Positions 28,264 through 37,705 of a stretch of 64,000 bases of DNA are shown piece after piece. Made by a program: the position numbers and the translations under genes. This DNA is from Myxococcota bacterium (GTDB lineage Bacteria > Myxococcota_A > UBA9160 > UBA6930). Under the pieces are notes generated by a model. The model saw nothing but the letters and a program-made list of their open reading frames with translations, was not told where the DNA came from and did no database searches. The stretch's first letter is position 1. Each line of letters opens with the position of its first letter. Where the stretch lies: positions 3,936,001 to 4,000,000 of the forward strand of contig OZ245002.1 in NCBI GenBank assembly GCA_965223415.1, read 5' to 3'.

Positions 28264-30027
28264 TCAGCCGAGCGGCCAGACCCAGGGAATGACGGTGAGC
28301 GCGACGACCGCGCACACCACGTCCAGGGGCAGGCCCGCGCGCACGAAATCGGTGAAGCGGTAGCCGCCGGGCCCGTAGACGATCAGGTGGGTCTGGTAGG
28401 TCACCGGGTTCGCGAAGGCGCAGGCGGCGCCCAGGGCCGTGGCCATCACGAAGCCTCTCGGCTCGGCGCCGACCTGGGCCGCCGCCTGGATCGCGATCGG
28501 GAACATGATGGCGACCGCCGCGTTGTGGTGCAGGAACTCCGAGAGGAGCACGGTGAAGCCGTACACCGCGGCGAGGGTGAGCCACGGATCCATGCTGCCG
28601 GCGCTCCCGACCAGCAAGCTCGCCACCGCGGCGGCAGCGCCGGTCTTGTCCATGGCCAGGGCGATGCCGAGCCCGGCGCCGATCACGACGAGGACGTCCC
28701 ACTTCACGGCCTGGCGCGCCGTCGGGCCGTCGATGCAGCGGGTGCCGATCAAGGCGCCCGCGGCGACGAAGGAGGCGATGGAGATCGGCACGACGCCGAG
28801 GGCGGCGACTGTGACCATCGTGACGAGGATGACCAGGGCCACGCCGGCCTTCTCCGTGCGCGGTGCGACGTGGCCACCGATCTCGCTGACCAGGTAGAAA
28901 TCGGGGCTGCCGCCGTGGGCGCGCATGAAGCCCGGGGCGGTCTGCATCAGCAGGGTGTCGCCGGGGCGCAGGACGATCTCGCCGATCTTGCCGCCGACGC
29001 GCTCGCCATTGCGGTGCACCGCGACCACCGCCGCGTCGAAGGTCGTGCGGAAGTTGACGTCGCGGATGCTCTGGCCGCGCAGGGGCGAGCTGCTCGACAC
29101 CACCGCCTCGACGAGCCGACGCTCCCGGGTGCCCGCCACGTCGTCCGTGTCCGGGACCAGGCCGGGGAAGCGCTGCAGGTCGACGATCGTCGACACCACG
29201 CCGGCGAACACCAGCCGGTCGCCCTCGCGGAGCCGCTCCTGGGGCCCGACCGGCGTGACCGTCTGCCCGTCCCGATCGATCTCGACCAGGAAGAGGCCCG
29301 GAAGCTGGCGCAGGCCCGCCTCCTCCACGGTCTGACCGGCGAGTCGGCTCCCGGCCTCGACCCGCATCGCCGCCGTGTACTCGCGCCAGCGGTCGCCGAG
29401 CTGCTGGGCCAGGTCCTGGCGGGCGGGGATGAGCCGCGGGGCCACGACCACCACGTACGCCAGGCCGACGATGCAGATCGGGAGGCCGACCGGCAGGAAC
29501 TCGAAGAAGCGGAGCGGCGGCATGCCGGCCTGGTCGACGAGGCCCGCCGCGGTGAGGTTCACGCTCGTGCCGATCACCGTCAGCACGCTGCCGAGGATCG
29601 TCGCGTAGGAGAGGGGGATCAGGAAGCGGCTCGGGGAGAGGCCGGTGCGCCGCGACCACTCGATCACCACCGGCGTCATCATGGCCACGATCGGCGCGTT
29701 GTTGAGGAAGCCCGAGAACGCGGCGAGGGGCGGGCACATGCGCACCAGGGCCGAGAGCTCGCTGCGCGCCCGGCCGAAGAGCCGCACCACGGCCCCCTCC
29801 AGGAGCCCCGTCTCGCGCAGGCCCGCGGAGACGATGAAGAGCGCGCCCACCGTAGCCATGGCCGGGTTCGCGAAGCCCGAGAAGGTCTCGCCGGGGGTGA
29901 GGACGCCGGTGATGGCGAGGGTGAACAGGCCCGCCATCACGATCAGGTCGGGCCCGGCCAGCTCCTTGGCCATGGCGGCGACCATCAACACGAGGACGCC
30001 CACGGTCAGCCAGCCGTCGAATCCCAT
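28264..30027 (-). CDS. SLC13-family permease with TrkA-C domains
   Basis: SGFLNNAPIV, TVIGTSVNL, two RCK_C-like repeats, YQTHLIVYGPGGYRFTDF. Confidence 0.88.
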   Translation of the reverse strand: MGFDGWLTVGVLVLMVAAMAKELAGPDLIVMAGLFTLAITGVLTPGETFSGFANPAMATVGALFIVSAGLRETGLLEGAVVRLFGRARSELSALVRMCPPLAAFSGFLNNAPIVAMMTPVVIEWSRRTGLSPSRFLIPLSYATILGSVLTVIGTSVNLTAAGLVDQAGMPPLRFFEFLPVGLPICIVGLAYVVVVAPRLIPARQDLAQQLGDRWREYTAAMRVEAGSRLAGQTVEEAGLRQLPGLFLVEIDRDGQTVTPVGPQERLREGDRLVFAGVVSTIVDLQRFPGLVPDTDDVAGTRERRLVEAVVSSSSPLRGQSIRDVNFRTTFDAAVVAVHRNGERVGGKIGEIVLRPGDTLLMQTAPGFMRAHGGSPDFYLVSEIGGHVAPRTEKAGVALVILVTMVTVAALGVVPISIASFVAAGALIGTRCIDGPTARQAVKWDVLVVIGAGLGIALAMDKTGAAAAVASLLVGSAGSMDPWLTLAAVYGFTVLLSEFLHHNAAVAIMFPIAIQAAAQVGAEPRGFVMATALGAACAFANPVTYQTHLIVYGPGGYRFTDFVRAGLPLDVVCAVVALTVIPWVWPLG

Positions 30028-30076
30028 GCGGGGGCGACCATACCGGGATCGGGGCCCATCCGCGACAATGCGCCGG

Positions 30077-31180
30077 ATGCCCTTCGGCCCCGACGCCCCT
30101 CCCCGCGCCTTCTCGGAGCGCGCCTTCTATCAGCGCGAGTTCCGCGCGCGCACCCTCGCGGTCGCGTCGCTTCGGGCCGACGACTTTCGGCATCCGGGCC
30201 TGGCCCAGGGCCTCGATGTCCTGCACGACGGGGGAGGTCGGGCCGTCGTCGTCGGTCCGGACGAGGAGGCCCTTGACGCGCACACCGGCGGCGCCACCTG
30301 GGCGATCGACGACGACGGGCTGGAAGGCGCGCTGTGGCGGGCGCTCGGCAAGGCCTCGCCGGTGGGGGTCGTCGCGCCGGCGCAGGGTTTCGACGCGTCG
30401 CTCCGCGGCCTGGCCGCAGGCCTCCGCTTCTTCAAGGTGGTGCGGCTCGATGCCGGGGGCGGGCTCCGATCGAAGCGCGAGGGCCGGCACTCCTTCGTGC
30501 ACCGGGAGGAGCTCCGGGCGTGGATCGCCGGCGGCGGCGAGGGGTTGGCCCGGGACGATCGGCTGCCGCTGTGGCGGGAGGTGGTCGCGCTCCTCGACGC
30601 CGGGGTGCCGGCGGTCAACGTGTGCGATGCGGCCGGGCTGACCGACGAGCTCTTCACCTACGCGGGCGTCGGCACGCTCTTCACCAGCGAACGCTATGTC
30701 GGCGTGCGAGCCCTCACCATCGACGACTACGCCGCGGCGGCGGACCTGATCGCCCGCGGCATGGAGGAGGGCTACCTGGCGCCGCGCAGCGACGCGGAGA
30801 TCGACCGCATGCTCGGCAGCGGCTTCGGGGCCTTCGTCGAGGGGCGCTACCTGGCCGGGATCGGTGCGCTCCTGCGCTGGGGCGACACCGGCGAGATCAG
30901 CTCGCTCTACACGCTCACCCGCTTCCTGGGCGAGGGCGTGGGGCAGCACCTGGTGGCCCACGCCGTGCAGCGCGCCGCCGAGCTGGGCCTGGGGAGCATC
31001 TTCGCCTGCACCACCTCGGAGCGGGTCGCGAGCTTCTTCACACGACAGGGCTTCGTCGAAGCAGACCCCGCCGAGCTGCCGCCGGAGAAGTGGAGCGGCT
31101 ACGACCCGGCGCGTCGGGCAAAGCTCCGCTGCCTGCGTCGGGAGATCCGCGGCGACGGTGTGGCCGGAGGTGGACTGTAA
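30077..31180 (+). CDS. ArgA-like amino-acid N-acetyltransferase (reduced kinase-like domain plus GNAT)
   Basis: ELFTYAGVGTL linker, GYLAPRS, EISSLY..GEGVGQHLV, FF..GF. Confidence 0.65.
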   Translation: MPFGPDAPPRAFSERAFYQREFRARTLAVASLRADDFRHPGLAQGLDVLHDGGGRAVVVGPDEEALDAHTGGATWAIDDDGLEGALWRALGKASPVGVVAPAQGFDASLRGLAAGLRFFKVVRLDAGGGLRSKREGRHSFVHREELRAWIAGGGEGLARDDRLPLWREVVALLDAGVPAVNVCDAAGLTDELFTYAGVGTLFTSERYVGVRALTIDDYAAAADLIARGMEEGYLAPRSDAEIDRMLGSGFGAFVEGRYLAGIGALLRWGDTGEISSLYTLTRFLGEGVGQHLVAHAVQRAAELGLGSIFACTTSERVASFFTRQGFVEADPAELPPEKWSGYDPARRAKLRCLRREIRGDGVAGGGL

Positions 31181-31596
31181 GCCGGGTTCTGTTCCGGCCC
31201 GCGGTCGCCCGCGAGCCGGCGAGGATCATTCATCTAGGCGACGCATTGCTGCGCCACTCGAGCGCTCTCACCCGGACGTCGGTTCCTTGCGGACGCTCGG
31301 GCGGACCACCCTCGGCGACGTCCCTATTCGAGCTTGCTCCGGGAGGGGCTTGCCCCGCCGCCGGTCACCCGGCAGTCGCGCGTGGGCTCTTACCCCACGA
31401 TTTCACCCTTGCCTGTGCCTCCTCCGGCGGCCCCTCTCAGAGCCTCCGGGATCGCGGGCCATCGGCGGTGTGGTTTCTGTGGCGCTTTCCCTCGGGTCAC
31501 CCCGGGTCGCCGTTAGCGACCTCCCTGCCCTGTGGAGCCCGGACTTTCCTCCCGCGGGCGATGCCCGCCCGCCGGCGATCCTCCGTCCACCTCCGG
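31164..31596 (-). ncRNA. rnpB: RNase P RNA, type A
   Basis: Minus strand GAGGAAAGTCCGGGCTC and ACAGAACCCGGCTTAC; P1 pairing 31164-31175 with 31585-31596. Confidence 0.97.
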
Positions 31597-31691
31597 CCCC
31601 GCAAGCCTAATCCGGAGCGGAGGCCTGGCAAGCGCACGCCAGCCGAGTTCCCTGGGTCCGGGAGCCACCCCGAGGGGACTTGATTCGTCAG

Positions 31692-31712
31692 TCAGTATCC
31701 GATAGATACTGA
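31692..31712 (+). promoter_or_regulatory. Palindromic operator upstream of the HxlR-SCP2 gene
   Basis: TCAGTATC-N5-GATACTGA, with TTGATT at 31680. Confidence 0.6.
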
Positions 31713-31717
31713 TCTCC

Positions 31718-32449
31718 GTGTCCGAACACGTCTCCCCCACCCCGATCCTCCGTCCCGGCGAGATCTTCGATCCGGTGGCGCGGGCCCTCGACTGGATCGG
31801 CGACAAGTGGACCCTGGTGCTGGTCCGCCACCTGCTGCGCGGGCCCCGCGGCTTCCAGGAGCTGCGCCAGCGCACCGGCATCACGCCGCGGGTGCTCTCC
31901 AACCGGCTGCGCCAGCTCACCTCCGCCGGCTTCGTCGAGGCGACGCAGACCGAGGCCGGCCGCCCCGCCTACGCCGCCACCGAGAGCGCCCGGGAGCTCG
32001 AGCCGGTCATCTCGGCGATCGCCCGCTGGTACGTCCACCACGCCGTGGACGAGCTCGATCTCGACATCCAGCAGTTCACCGAGACGTCCCCGCTCTCGAT
32101 CCTCGAGTCGCTGCCCTTCCTGCTCCGGGAGGAGCGGGCGAAGGAGGCGGACGTCGTCTTCGAGCTGCGGCTCACCGGCGAAGGGGGCGGCGTGTGGGCC
32201 ATCCACATCCACGACGGCCAGTGCCGCGTCGAGCCCGGCTTCGCCAGTGGCGCCGATGTCCGGTACACGGCCGACGCCCGCGTCTGGTGCGCGGTCGCCC
32301 TCGGGCTCCTCGACGCCCGGGACGCCGCGAAGCGCGGCCTCCTCGAGAAAGAGGGAGGCCGCGAAGCCATGGACCCCTACTTCCACCAGCTTGCCCGTCC
32401 CCTGGCTCCGAGCACGTTGCCGGAGACCGGGGAGGGAACCCAGGAGTGA
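31718..32449 (+). CDS. HxlR-family winged-helix regulator fused to an SCP2 lipid-binding domain
   Basis: ALDWIGDKWTLVLVRHLLRGPRGFQEL..L.NRL, then VVFELRLTGEGGGVWAIHI. Confidence 0.85.
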   Translation: MSEHVSPTPILRPGEIFDPVARALDWIGDKWTLVLVRHLLRGPRGFQELRQRTGITPRVLSNRLRQLTSAGFVEATQTEAGRPAYAATESARELEPVISAIARWYVHHAVDELDLDIQQFTETSPLSILESLPFLLREERAKEADVVFELRLTGEGGGVWAIHIHDGQCRVEPGFASGADVRYTADARVWCAVALGLLDARDAAKRGLLEKEGGREAMDPYFHQLARPLAPSTLPETGEGTQE

Positions 32450-32453
32450 CCCC

Positions 32454-33569
32454 ATGATCTCGTTCGGACCTACCGAGGAGCAGGAAGTCGTCCGCGACGC
32501 GATGCGCGAGTTCGCGGAGCAGGTGCTGCGTCCCGCCGCCCGCGACGCCGACGAAGCCAGTGCGCTGCCCGACGGCGTGCTGGACCAGGTGTGGGAGCTG
32601 GGCCTGACCAACACCCAGCTCCCCGAGGAGTACGGGGGCGGCGGCGAGGTGCGCTCGCCGATCACCAACGCCCTGATCCTGGAGGAGCTGGCCTTCGGTG
32701 ATCCGGCCCTGGCGATCGCTTCGACCCATCCCTCGGCCTTCGCCTTCGCCGTGAACGACTTCGGCACCGAGGAGCAGAAGGCGGCCCACCTGCCGCGCTT
32801 CTGCGAGGCGCGCGTCGCGCCGGCCAGCCTGGCGCTGATCGAGCCCTCGCCCACCTTCGACGCGGTGGCGCTGCAGACGACGGCCGAGGCGAAGGAGGGC
32901 GGCTTCGTGCTCTCCGGCCGCAAGCGCTTCGTCGTCCTGGGCGACCGGGCCGAGAACTTTCTCGTGCTGGCCCGCAACGCCCAGAGCGCCGACGCCGGCG
33001 CCCGGTCCCTGGACGCCTTCATCGTGCCCCGGGATGCGGCCGGCCTCAGCGTCTCCGATCGGGAGCTGAACCTCGGCATGAAGGCGCTTCCGACCGTGAG
33101 CCTGGAGCTCGAGAAGGTGGAGGTGCCGGCGGAGGCCCGGCTCGGCGGCGACGCCGGCATCGATGCGGCGCGGTTCCTGGCCGGGACGCGCACCGCGAAC
33201 GCGGCGCTGCTCGTGGGCCTGGCGCGGGCGGTGCGCGAGTACGCCATCCCCTACGCCAAGGATCGTCACGCCTTTGGCGAGGCGATCGCCCAGAAGCAAG
33301 CCGTGGCCTTCATGCTCTCGAACATGAAGATCGAGACCCACGCCATGCGTTGGCTCACCTGGAAGGCCGCCGCCACCCTCGAGAGCCGGGAGGACGCGAC
33401 CCGCGCCTCCATCCACGCGCACACCTACACCGCGGAGCAGGGCATGAAGCTGGCCGACGACGGCCTGCAGGTGCTCGGCGGCCACGGTTTCATCCGCGAG
33501 CACCCGGTCGAGATGTGGTACCGCGCCGCGCGCACGCTGAGCGTGCTCGAAGGCGTCGCCGCGGTCTGA
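32454..33569 (+). CDS. Acyl-CoA dehydrogenase (FadE24-like)
   Basis: LPEEYGG, RHAFGEAIAQKQAVAF, QVLGGHGFIREHPVE. Confidence 0.88.
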   Translation: MISFGPTEEQEVVRDAMREFAEQVLRPAARDADEASALPDGVLDQVWELGLTNTQLPEEYGGGGEVRSPITNALILEELAFGDPALAIASTHPSAFAFAVNDFGTEEQKAAHLPRFCEARVAPASLALIEPSPTFDAVALQTTAEAKEGGFVLSGRKRFVVLGDRAENFLVLARNAQSADAGARSLDAFIVPRDAAGLSVSDRELNLGMKALPTVSLELEKVEVPAEARLGGDAGIDAARFLAGTRTANAALLVGLARAVREYAIPYAKDRHAFGEAIAQKQAVAFMLSNMKIETHAMRWLTWKAAATLESREDATRASIHAHTYTAEQGMKLADDGLQVLGGHGFIREHPVEMWYRAARTLSVLEGVAAV

Positions 33570-33600
33570 CCCTCTGCATCTCGACTCCCTGGAGAACCCG

Positions 33601-34782
33601 ATGATCGACTTCAACCTGACCGATACCGACCAGAAGATCTTGGACTACGTGCGCAGCGAGGCCCTGGTGGCCCGCAAGTACGCGCGCCACTACGACGAGA
33701 ACGAGGCCGAGTTCCCGCCCGAAGAGCTCGACGAGGCGAAGGACTACCCCGGCGTGTGGTCCCTGATGGGCGAGCGCACCGAGGAGGACACCAGCCAGAC
33801 GGTGATCGGCATGCTCGTCACCATGGCGGAGACCTGGGGCGACTACTCCGTGCGCATGCGCAAGGGCCGCGGCGTCGGCCTGGGCAACGCCGCCCTCGGC
33901 GCCGCCGGCACGCCCGAGCAGAAGGAGAAGTGGGGCGGCCTGCTCTTGTCGATGGCCATCACCGAGCCGGGCTGCGGCTCCGATCCCTCCCTGGTGCAGA
34001 CCACCGCGGTCCTCGACGAGGAGACCAACGAGTGGATCATCAACGGCGAGAAGATCTTCGTGACCACCGGCTGCCGCGCCGACGGCGTGGTGCTGTGGGC
34101 GACGTTGGATCGCAGCGCCGGCCGCGCGGGCATCAAGAGCTTCCTGGTCGAGAAGGGCACCCCGGGCTTCGAGGTCTCCCACAAGGAGAAGAAGCTCGGC
34201 ATCCGCGCCGACGACACCGCCACCTACGTGTTCACCGATTGCCGTATTCCCCGCGACAACCTGCTCGGCGGCAACGAGGAGATCCCGAAGGCCGGCTCCG
34301 GCGGCTTCCGCGGCGTGATGAAGACCTTCAACATCACCCGCCCGATGACCGCCGCCTTCGGCCTCGGCATGTCGAAGGCCGCCCTCGACTTCACCCGCGA
34401 GCAGCTCGAAGGGGCGGGTGTCGACCTCTCCTACGGGGCCGGCACCCACGGCCAGTCGGCGGCGGCCGCGAAGTTCCAGCGCCTGGAGGCGATCCAGGAG
34501 GCGGCGGAGCTGACGGTCTGCCATGCGGCCTGGCTCTCGGACCAGGGCCAGCCGAACAACATGGAGTCGTCGATCAGCAAGGCGAAGGGCGGCTCGGCAG
34601 TCCGGGAGATCACCCAGGGCTGCATCGAGCTGCTCGGCCCGATGGGCATCAGCCGCGAGCACCTGCTCGAGAAGTGGTTCCGCGACGTCCGTATCACCGA
34701 CATCTACGAGGGCACCGGCCAGATCCAGAACCTGATCATCGCCCGCGAGATCCTGGAGTACGACCGGACCCAGCTCAAGTAG
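33601..34782 (+). CDS. Acyl-CoA dehydrogenase (FadE23-like)
   Basis: MAITEPGCGSD, NGEKIFVT, KLGIRADDT, EKWFRD..DIYEGT.QIQ. Confidence 0.9.
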   Translation: MIDFNLTDTDQKILDYVRSEALVARKYARHYDENEAEFPPEELDEAKDYPGVWSLMGERTEEDTSQTVIGMLVTMAETWGDYSVRMRKGRGVGLGNAALGAAGTPEQKEKWGGLLLSMAITEPGCGSDPSLVQTTAVLDEETNEWIINGEKIFVTTGCRADGVVLWATLDRSAGRAGIKSFLVEKGTPGFEVSHKEKKLGIRADDTATYVFTDCRIPRDNLLGGNEEIPKAGSGGFRGVMKTFNITRPMTAAFGLGMSKAALDFTREQLEGAGVDLSYGAGTHGQSAAAAKFQRLEAIQEAAELTVCHAAWLSDQGQPNNMESSISKAKGGSAVREITQGCIELLGPMGISREHLLEKWFRDVRITDIYEGTGQIQNLIIAREILEYDRTQLK

Positions 34783-34912
34783 CGGCCGGAAGCCCGGTCG
34801 GGATCGGGGACGGGCCTCCAGGCCATCTGCGCCAGGGAACCCGTCCCGACCCTCCCGGGCGCCGGTGTGGCTCTTCGTGCCGCCGTCGCGACCTCACGCA
34901 GGGATCTCGAAT

Positions 34913-36259
34913 CTACCTCGCGGAGGAGCGCCCAGGCCGCGCTGATCCGCGTTGTCGTGGAGAGCTCGCCGTCCTGCCGGCGGCAGACCGCCCGAGGCCG
35001 AACAACCCGAGGCCAAGCAACATCGCTGCACCCGGCTCGGGAACGGCGCTGACGTAGGTGCGGAAGTGAAAGTCGCGGGTCGCGCTGCAGGCGAAAGGGC
35101 CTCCGTTCGACCCGCAGCTGTCTCCGAGCGCGTAGAGGGGGTCCCCCGCCGAGTCGAAGCCGGCGGCCCATGCGTACTGGTAGACCGGCCCGGTCGTCGG
35201 CACCGACAGAACCAGCGCCAGGAGATCGCCCGGTGCGACGGCGATTCCGTAGACACTGACGTCCAAGCTGACCCAGGAGAAAGTGGTCGGGACACCCGAG
35301 ACCACGATGCTCGCCAACGCTGGACCCGTCGGGACCCCGCCGGCCGCCGAGAAGATCTCGACTGTGAGGTTGGAGACGCTGTTCCTGGAGACTTCGAACT
35401 CGATCCTGTCGAGAGTTCCGGAGGCCCCCACCTCGAAGACCTGCGCAAGATGGGTCGCCGTGACCCCGAGGGCAGCATTCCCCGAGCCGAGGTCGTAGCT
35501 CTGGTCGAGAATGGGGACGGCACGCGCACCTCCGCTCGCCATGAGTGAGAGCGCCAGGACCGCGGACGCGCGGCTGGCCGGCGAGCGCAGGACGCCAGAG
35601 GCCGCACCGAGAGGACGCACCTCTCGCTTCCTCCGTCCTCCAGCGAACAGCAGGACGCCGCCGGCAACCAGCATCAAGAGACTCGTGCCAGGCTCCGGGA
35701 CGACCTCAGCGAACGTGTGACTGATCGTGCCGGCGACGAATATCGGCGAAGTCGAATTCCCGGTGTGGTACCAGAACGTGTGGTTGGTCGACCCATCGAC
35801 CAGGAAGCGAGCGATCATGTCGGCGGGGCCGCTGACAGCGCCCATCTGCGGCCCGAGGTAGACGCCGTAGATCTCCACCAGCCTCGGCGCACCGTTGGTG
35901 TACCAGAACTGGGCGCTCGCGTTGGAGGGCGTGTAGGCCAGTCCACCAAGCGTCAGCGTGATCGAGTCGATCGTTGCCGAGAGCTTCTCCGTCCCGATTC
36001 CCGTGATCGCCGAGTCATCGAAGGTGATCGTCGCGGAGCCGATCGCTGGATCGGTGGGAGCTGTACACCCGCCCGAACAGGTGAACCCGGACGCCGAGAA
36101 GCTCCCCGAGTAGGTGGTTGCATGAGACACCGCGGCCGAGAGAACACCCGCTGCCGCGACCGTGACGAGCGAAACCCGGAAAGCTGCCCGTCCCAAGAGA
36201 CCCGCCGCCGCCACGAACGCAACTCGACACGACGTGCCATCCCACGTGAAGACACTCAT
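34913..36259 (-). CDS. Secreted protein with two PEP-CTERM sorting signals and an internal signal peptide
   Basis: VPEPGTSLLMLVAGGVLLFAGGRRKR mid-protein (35690-35701) and VPEPGAAMLLGLGLFGLGR near the C-terminus (35033-35044); no stop between them. Confidence 0.75.
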   Translation of the reverse strand: MSVFTWDGTSCRVAFVAAAGLLGRAAFRVSLVTVAAAGVLSAAVSHATTYSGSFSASGFTCSGGCTAPTDPAIGSATITFDDSAITGIGTEKLSATIDSITLTLGGLAYTPSNASAQFWYTNGAPRLVEIYGVYLGPQMGAVSGPADMIARFLVDGSTNHTFWYHTGNSTSPIFVAGTISHTFAEVVPEPGTSLLMLVAGGVLLFAGGRRKREVRPLGAASGVLRSPASRASAVLALSLMASGGARAVPILDQSYDLGSGNAALGVTATHLAQVFEVGASGTLDRIEFEVSRNSVSNLTVEIFSAAGGVPTGPALASIVVSGVPTTFSWVSLDVSVYGIAVAPGDLLALVLSVPTTGPVYQYAWAAGFDSAGDPLYALGDSCGSNGGPFACSATRDFHFRTYVSAVPEPGAAMLLGLGLFGLGRSAAGRTASSPRQRGSARPGRSSAR

Positions 36260-36422
36260 CCACATCTCCTTCCCAAGAGCTGCTGCCAAGGCGGCAGCAC
36301 GAGCACCCTATCCCCGAGTAGGCCCCGGCCGCATGACCCATTCGTACCAGCAGGTCGGATCTCGGCGCTCCATGGCCCAATCGGGCCATGGAGCGCCGGG
36401 CCGGTCTGATACCCTGGGACCC

Positions 36423-37559
36423 ATGGCGCCTCCCGAGATCGGAGCCCAGGACCTCACCCGCGCCCACGCCCTTCTCGATCCGCTCTACCGCTCCGCGACC
36501 GAGCCCGAGGCCCTGGAAGAGTTCCTGGTCGGGCTGGGAGAGCTCACGGGTTCGGTCATGCCCGGCATCGCGACGGGCGGGCCCTCCCCACGCGTGCTGG
36601 CGATCGACACGCAGGAGAGATGGAGGCGGGACTTCGAGCAGCAGTACGCGTCGGGGCTGGAGGCCTGGGCTCGGGCGAACCGGGTCTGGGGCGTCTTCTG
36701 CTACTCCGATGTCGGTGGTCCGGTCGTGGAAGGGCTCCTCCACGAGTGGGCGAGACCCATCGGCGTGCGCGACTGCCTCTCGGCCCACGTCTCCGTGGCC
36801 GGTTCGCTCGCCGGGCTCGGCGTCTATCGGGAGCTCGGGCGCCCGACCTTCAGCGAGCGGGACCGGGAAGTCATGAGGATCCTGTCGCCTCACGTCGGGA
36901 GTGCGCTGCTCCTCTCGCAGCGCCTCGGGGCCGGGCCCTCGCACCAGGCGTTCGCGCCTGCGGTCCTCGACCGCTGTTCGAGCGCCGTCGTCGTGCTCGA
37001 CGCGCTCGGGCGGGTCGGCGACATGAACGACGCGGCGCGCGCGATCCTGGAGGCCGGGGACGGCCTGGCGGTCCGTGACGCCATGATCGCGGTCTCCGAC
37101 CGGGAGGCTTCGCGGCGGTTGCGTGACCACCTCCGAGAGGCCATTGCGACAGCGATGCACGGTGGGATCCAGGCGGGCGGCGCGCTGAGGTGTCCTCGTG
37201 CCTCCGGCCGCCGGCCGTACGAGCTGTGGGTGGTCCCCCTGGCCGTCAGTGACCCGGGCCGCCTCGGGGATCGCATTCCGAGCGCGGCGCTCTTCATCGC
37301 CGATCCCGACACCGAGATCGCCTCCTTCCCCGAGCGCCTCGCTTGCCTGTACGGGCTCACGCCCGCGGAGAGTCGTCTGGCGGCGGGTCTTGCCGAGGGG
37401 TGGGGCCTGGCAGAGCTGGCCGAGGCGTTCGGCGTGACGAGGCAGACGCTCCGCAACCAGCTCAAGTCGGTGTTCGACAAGACCGGCTGCCGCCGCCAAG
37501 GGGAGCTGGTCTCGCTGCTGCTCCGCGGCGTCGCGAGTCGTTTCCGCGAACGGGGGTGA
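36423..37559 (+). CDS. LuxR-type HTH regulator with PAS-like domain
   Basis: YGLTPAESRLA..LA..FGVTRQTLRNQLKSVFDKTGCRRQGELV; start uncertain. Confidence 0.8.
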   Translation: MAPPEIGAQDLTRAHALLDPLYRSATEPEALEEFLVGLGELTGSVMPGIATGGPSPRVLAIDTQERWRRDFEQQYASGLEAWARANRVWGVFCYSDVGGPVVEGLLHEWARPIGVRDCLSAHVSVAGSLAGLGVYRELGRPTFSERDREVMRILSPHVGSALLLSQRLGAGPSHQAFAPAVLDRCSSAVVVLDALGRVGDMNDAARAILEAGDGLAVRDAMIAVSDREASRRLRDHLREAIATAMHGGIQAGGALRCPRASGRRPYELWVVPLAVSDPGRLGDRIPSAALFIADPDTEIASFPERLACLYGLTPAESRLAAGLAEGWGLAELAEAFGVTRQTLRNQLKSVFDKTGCRRQGELVSLLLRGVASRFRERG

Positions 37560-37705
37560 CCTCAGCGCGCGAGGCCCGCCGGAGCGCGAGCCGGCCCGGT
37601 GGTTTCGGCGCCGTCGTCGCCCGGAGACGCTCGCCACCGAGGCGATGGCGGTCGTGGCGCTCCGGTCGCGCGCAACCCTGGCCGCGCGCGCTAGCTTTCG
37701 CGGCC

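Noticed and set aside
34783..34866. GC-rich stem-loop after the ACAD pair as a novel ncRNA
   Set aside because: Adequately explained as a terminator-like hairpin between convergent genes.
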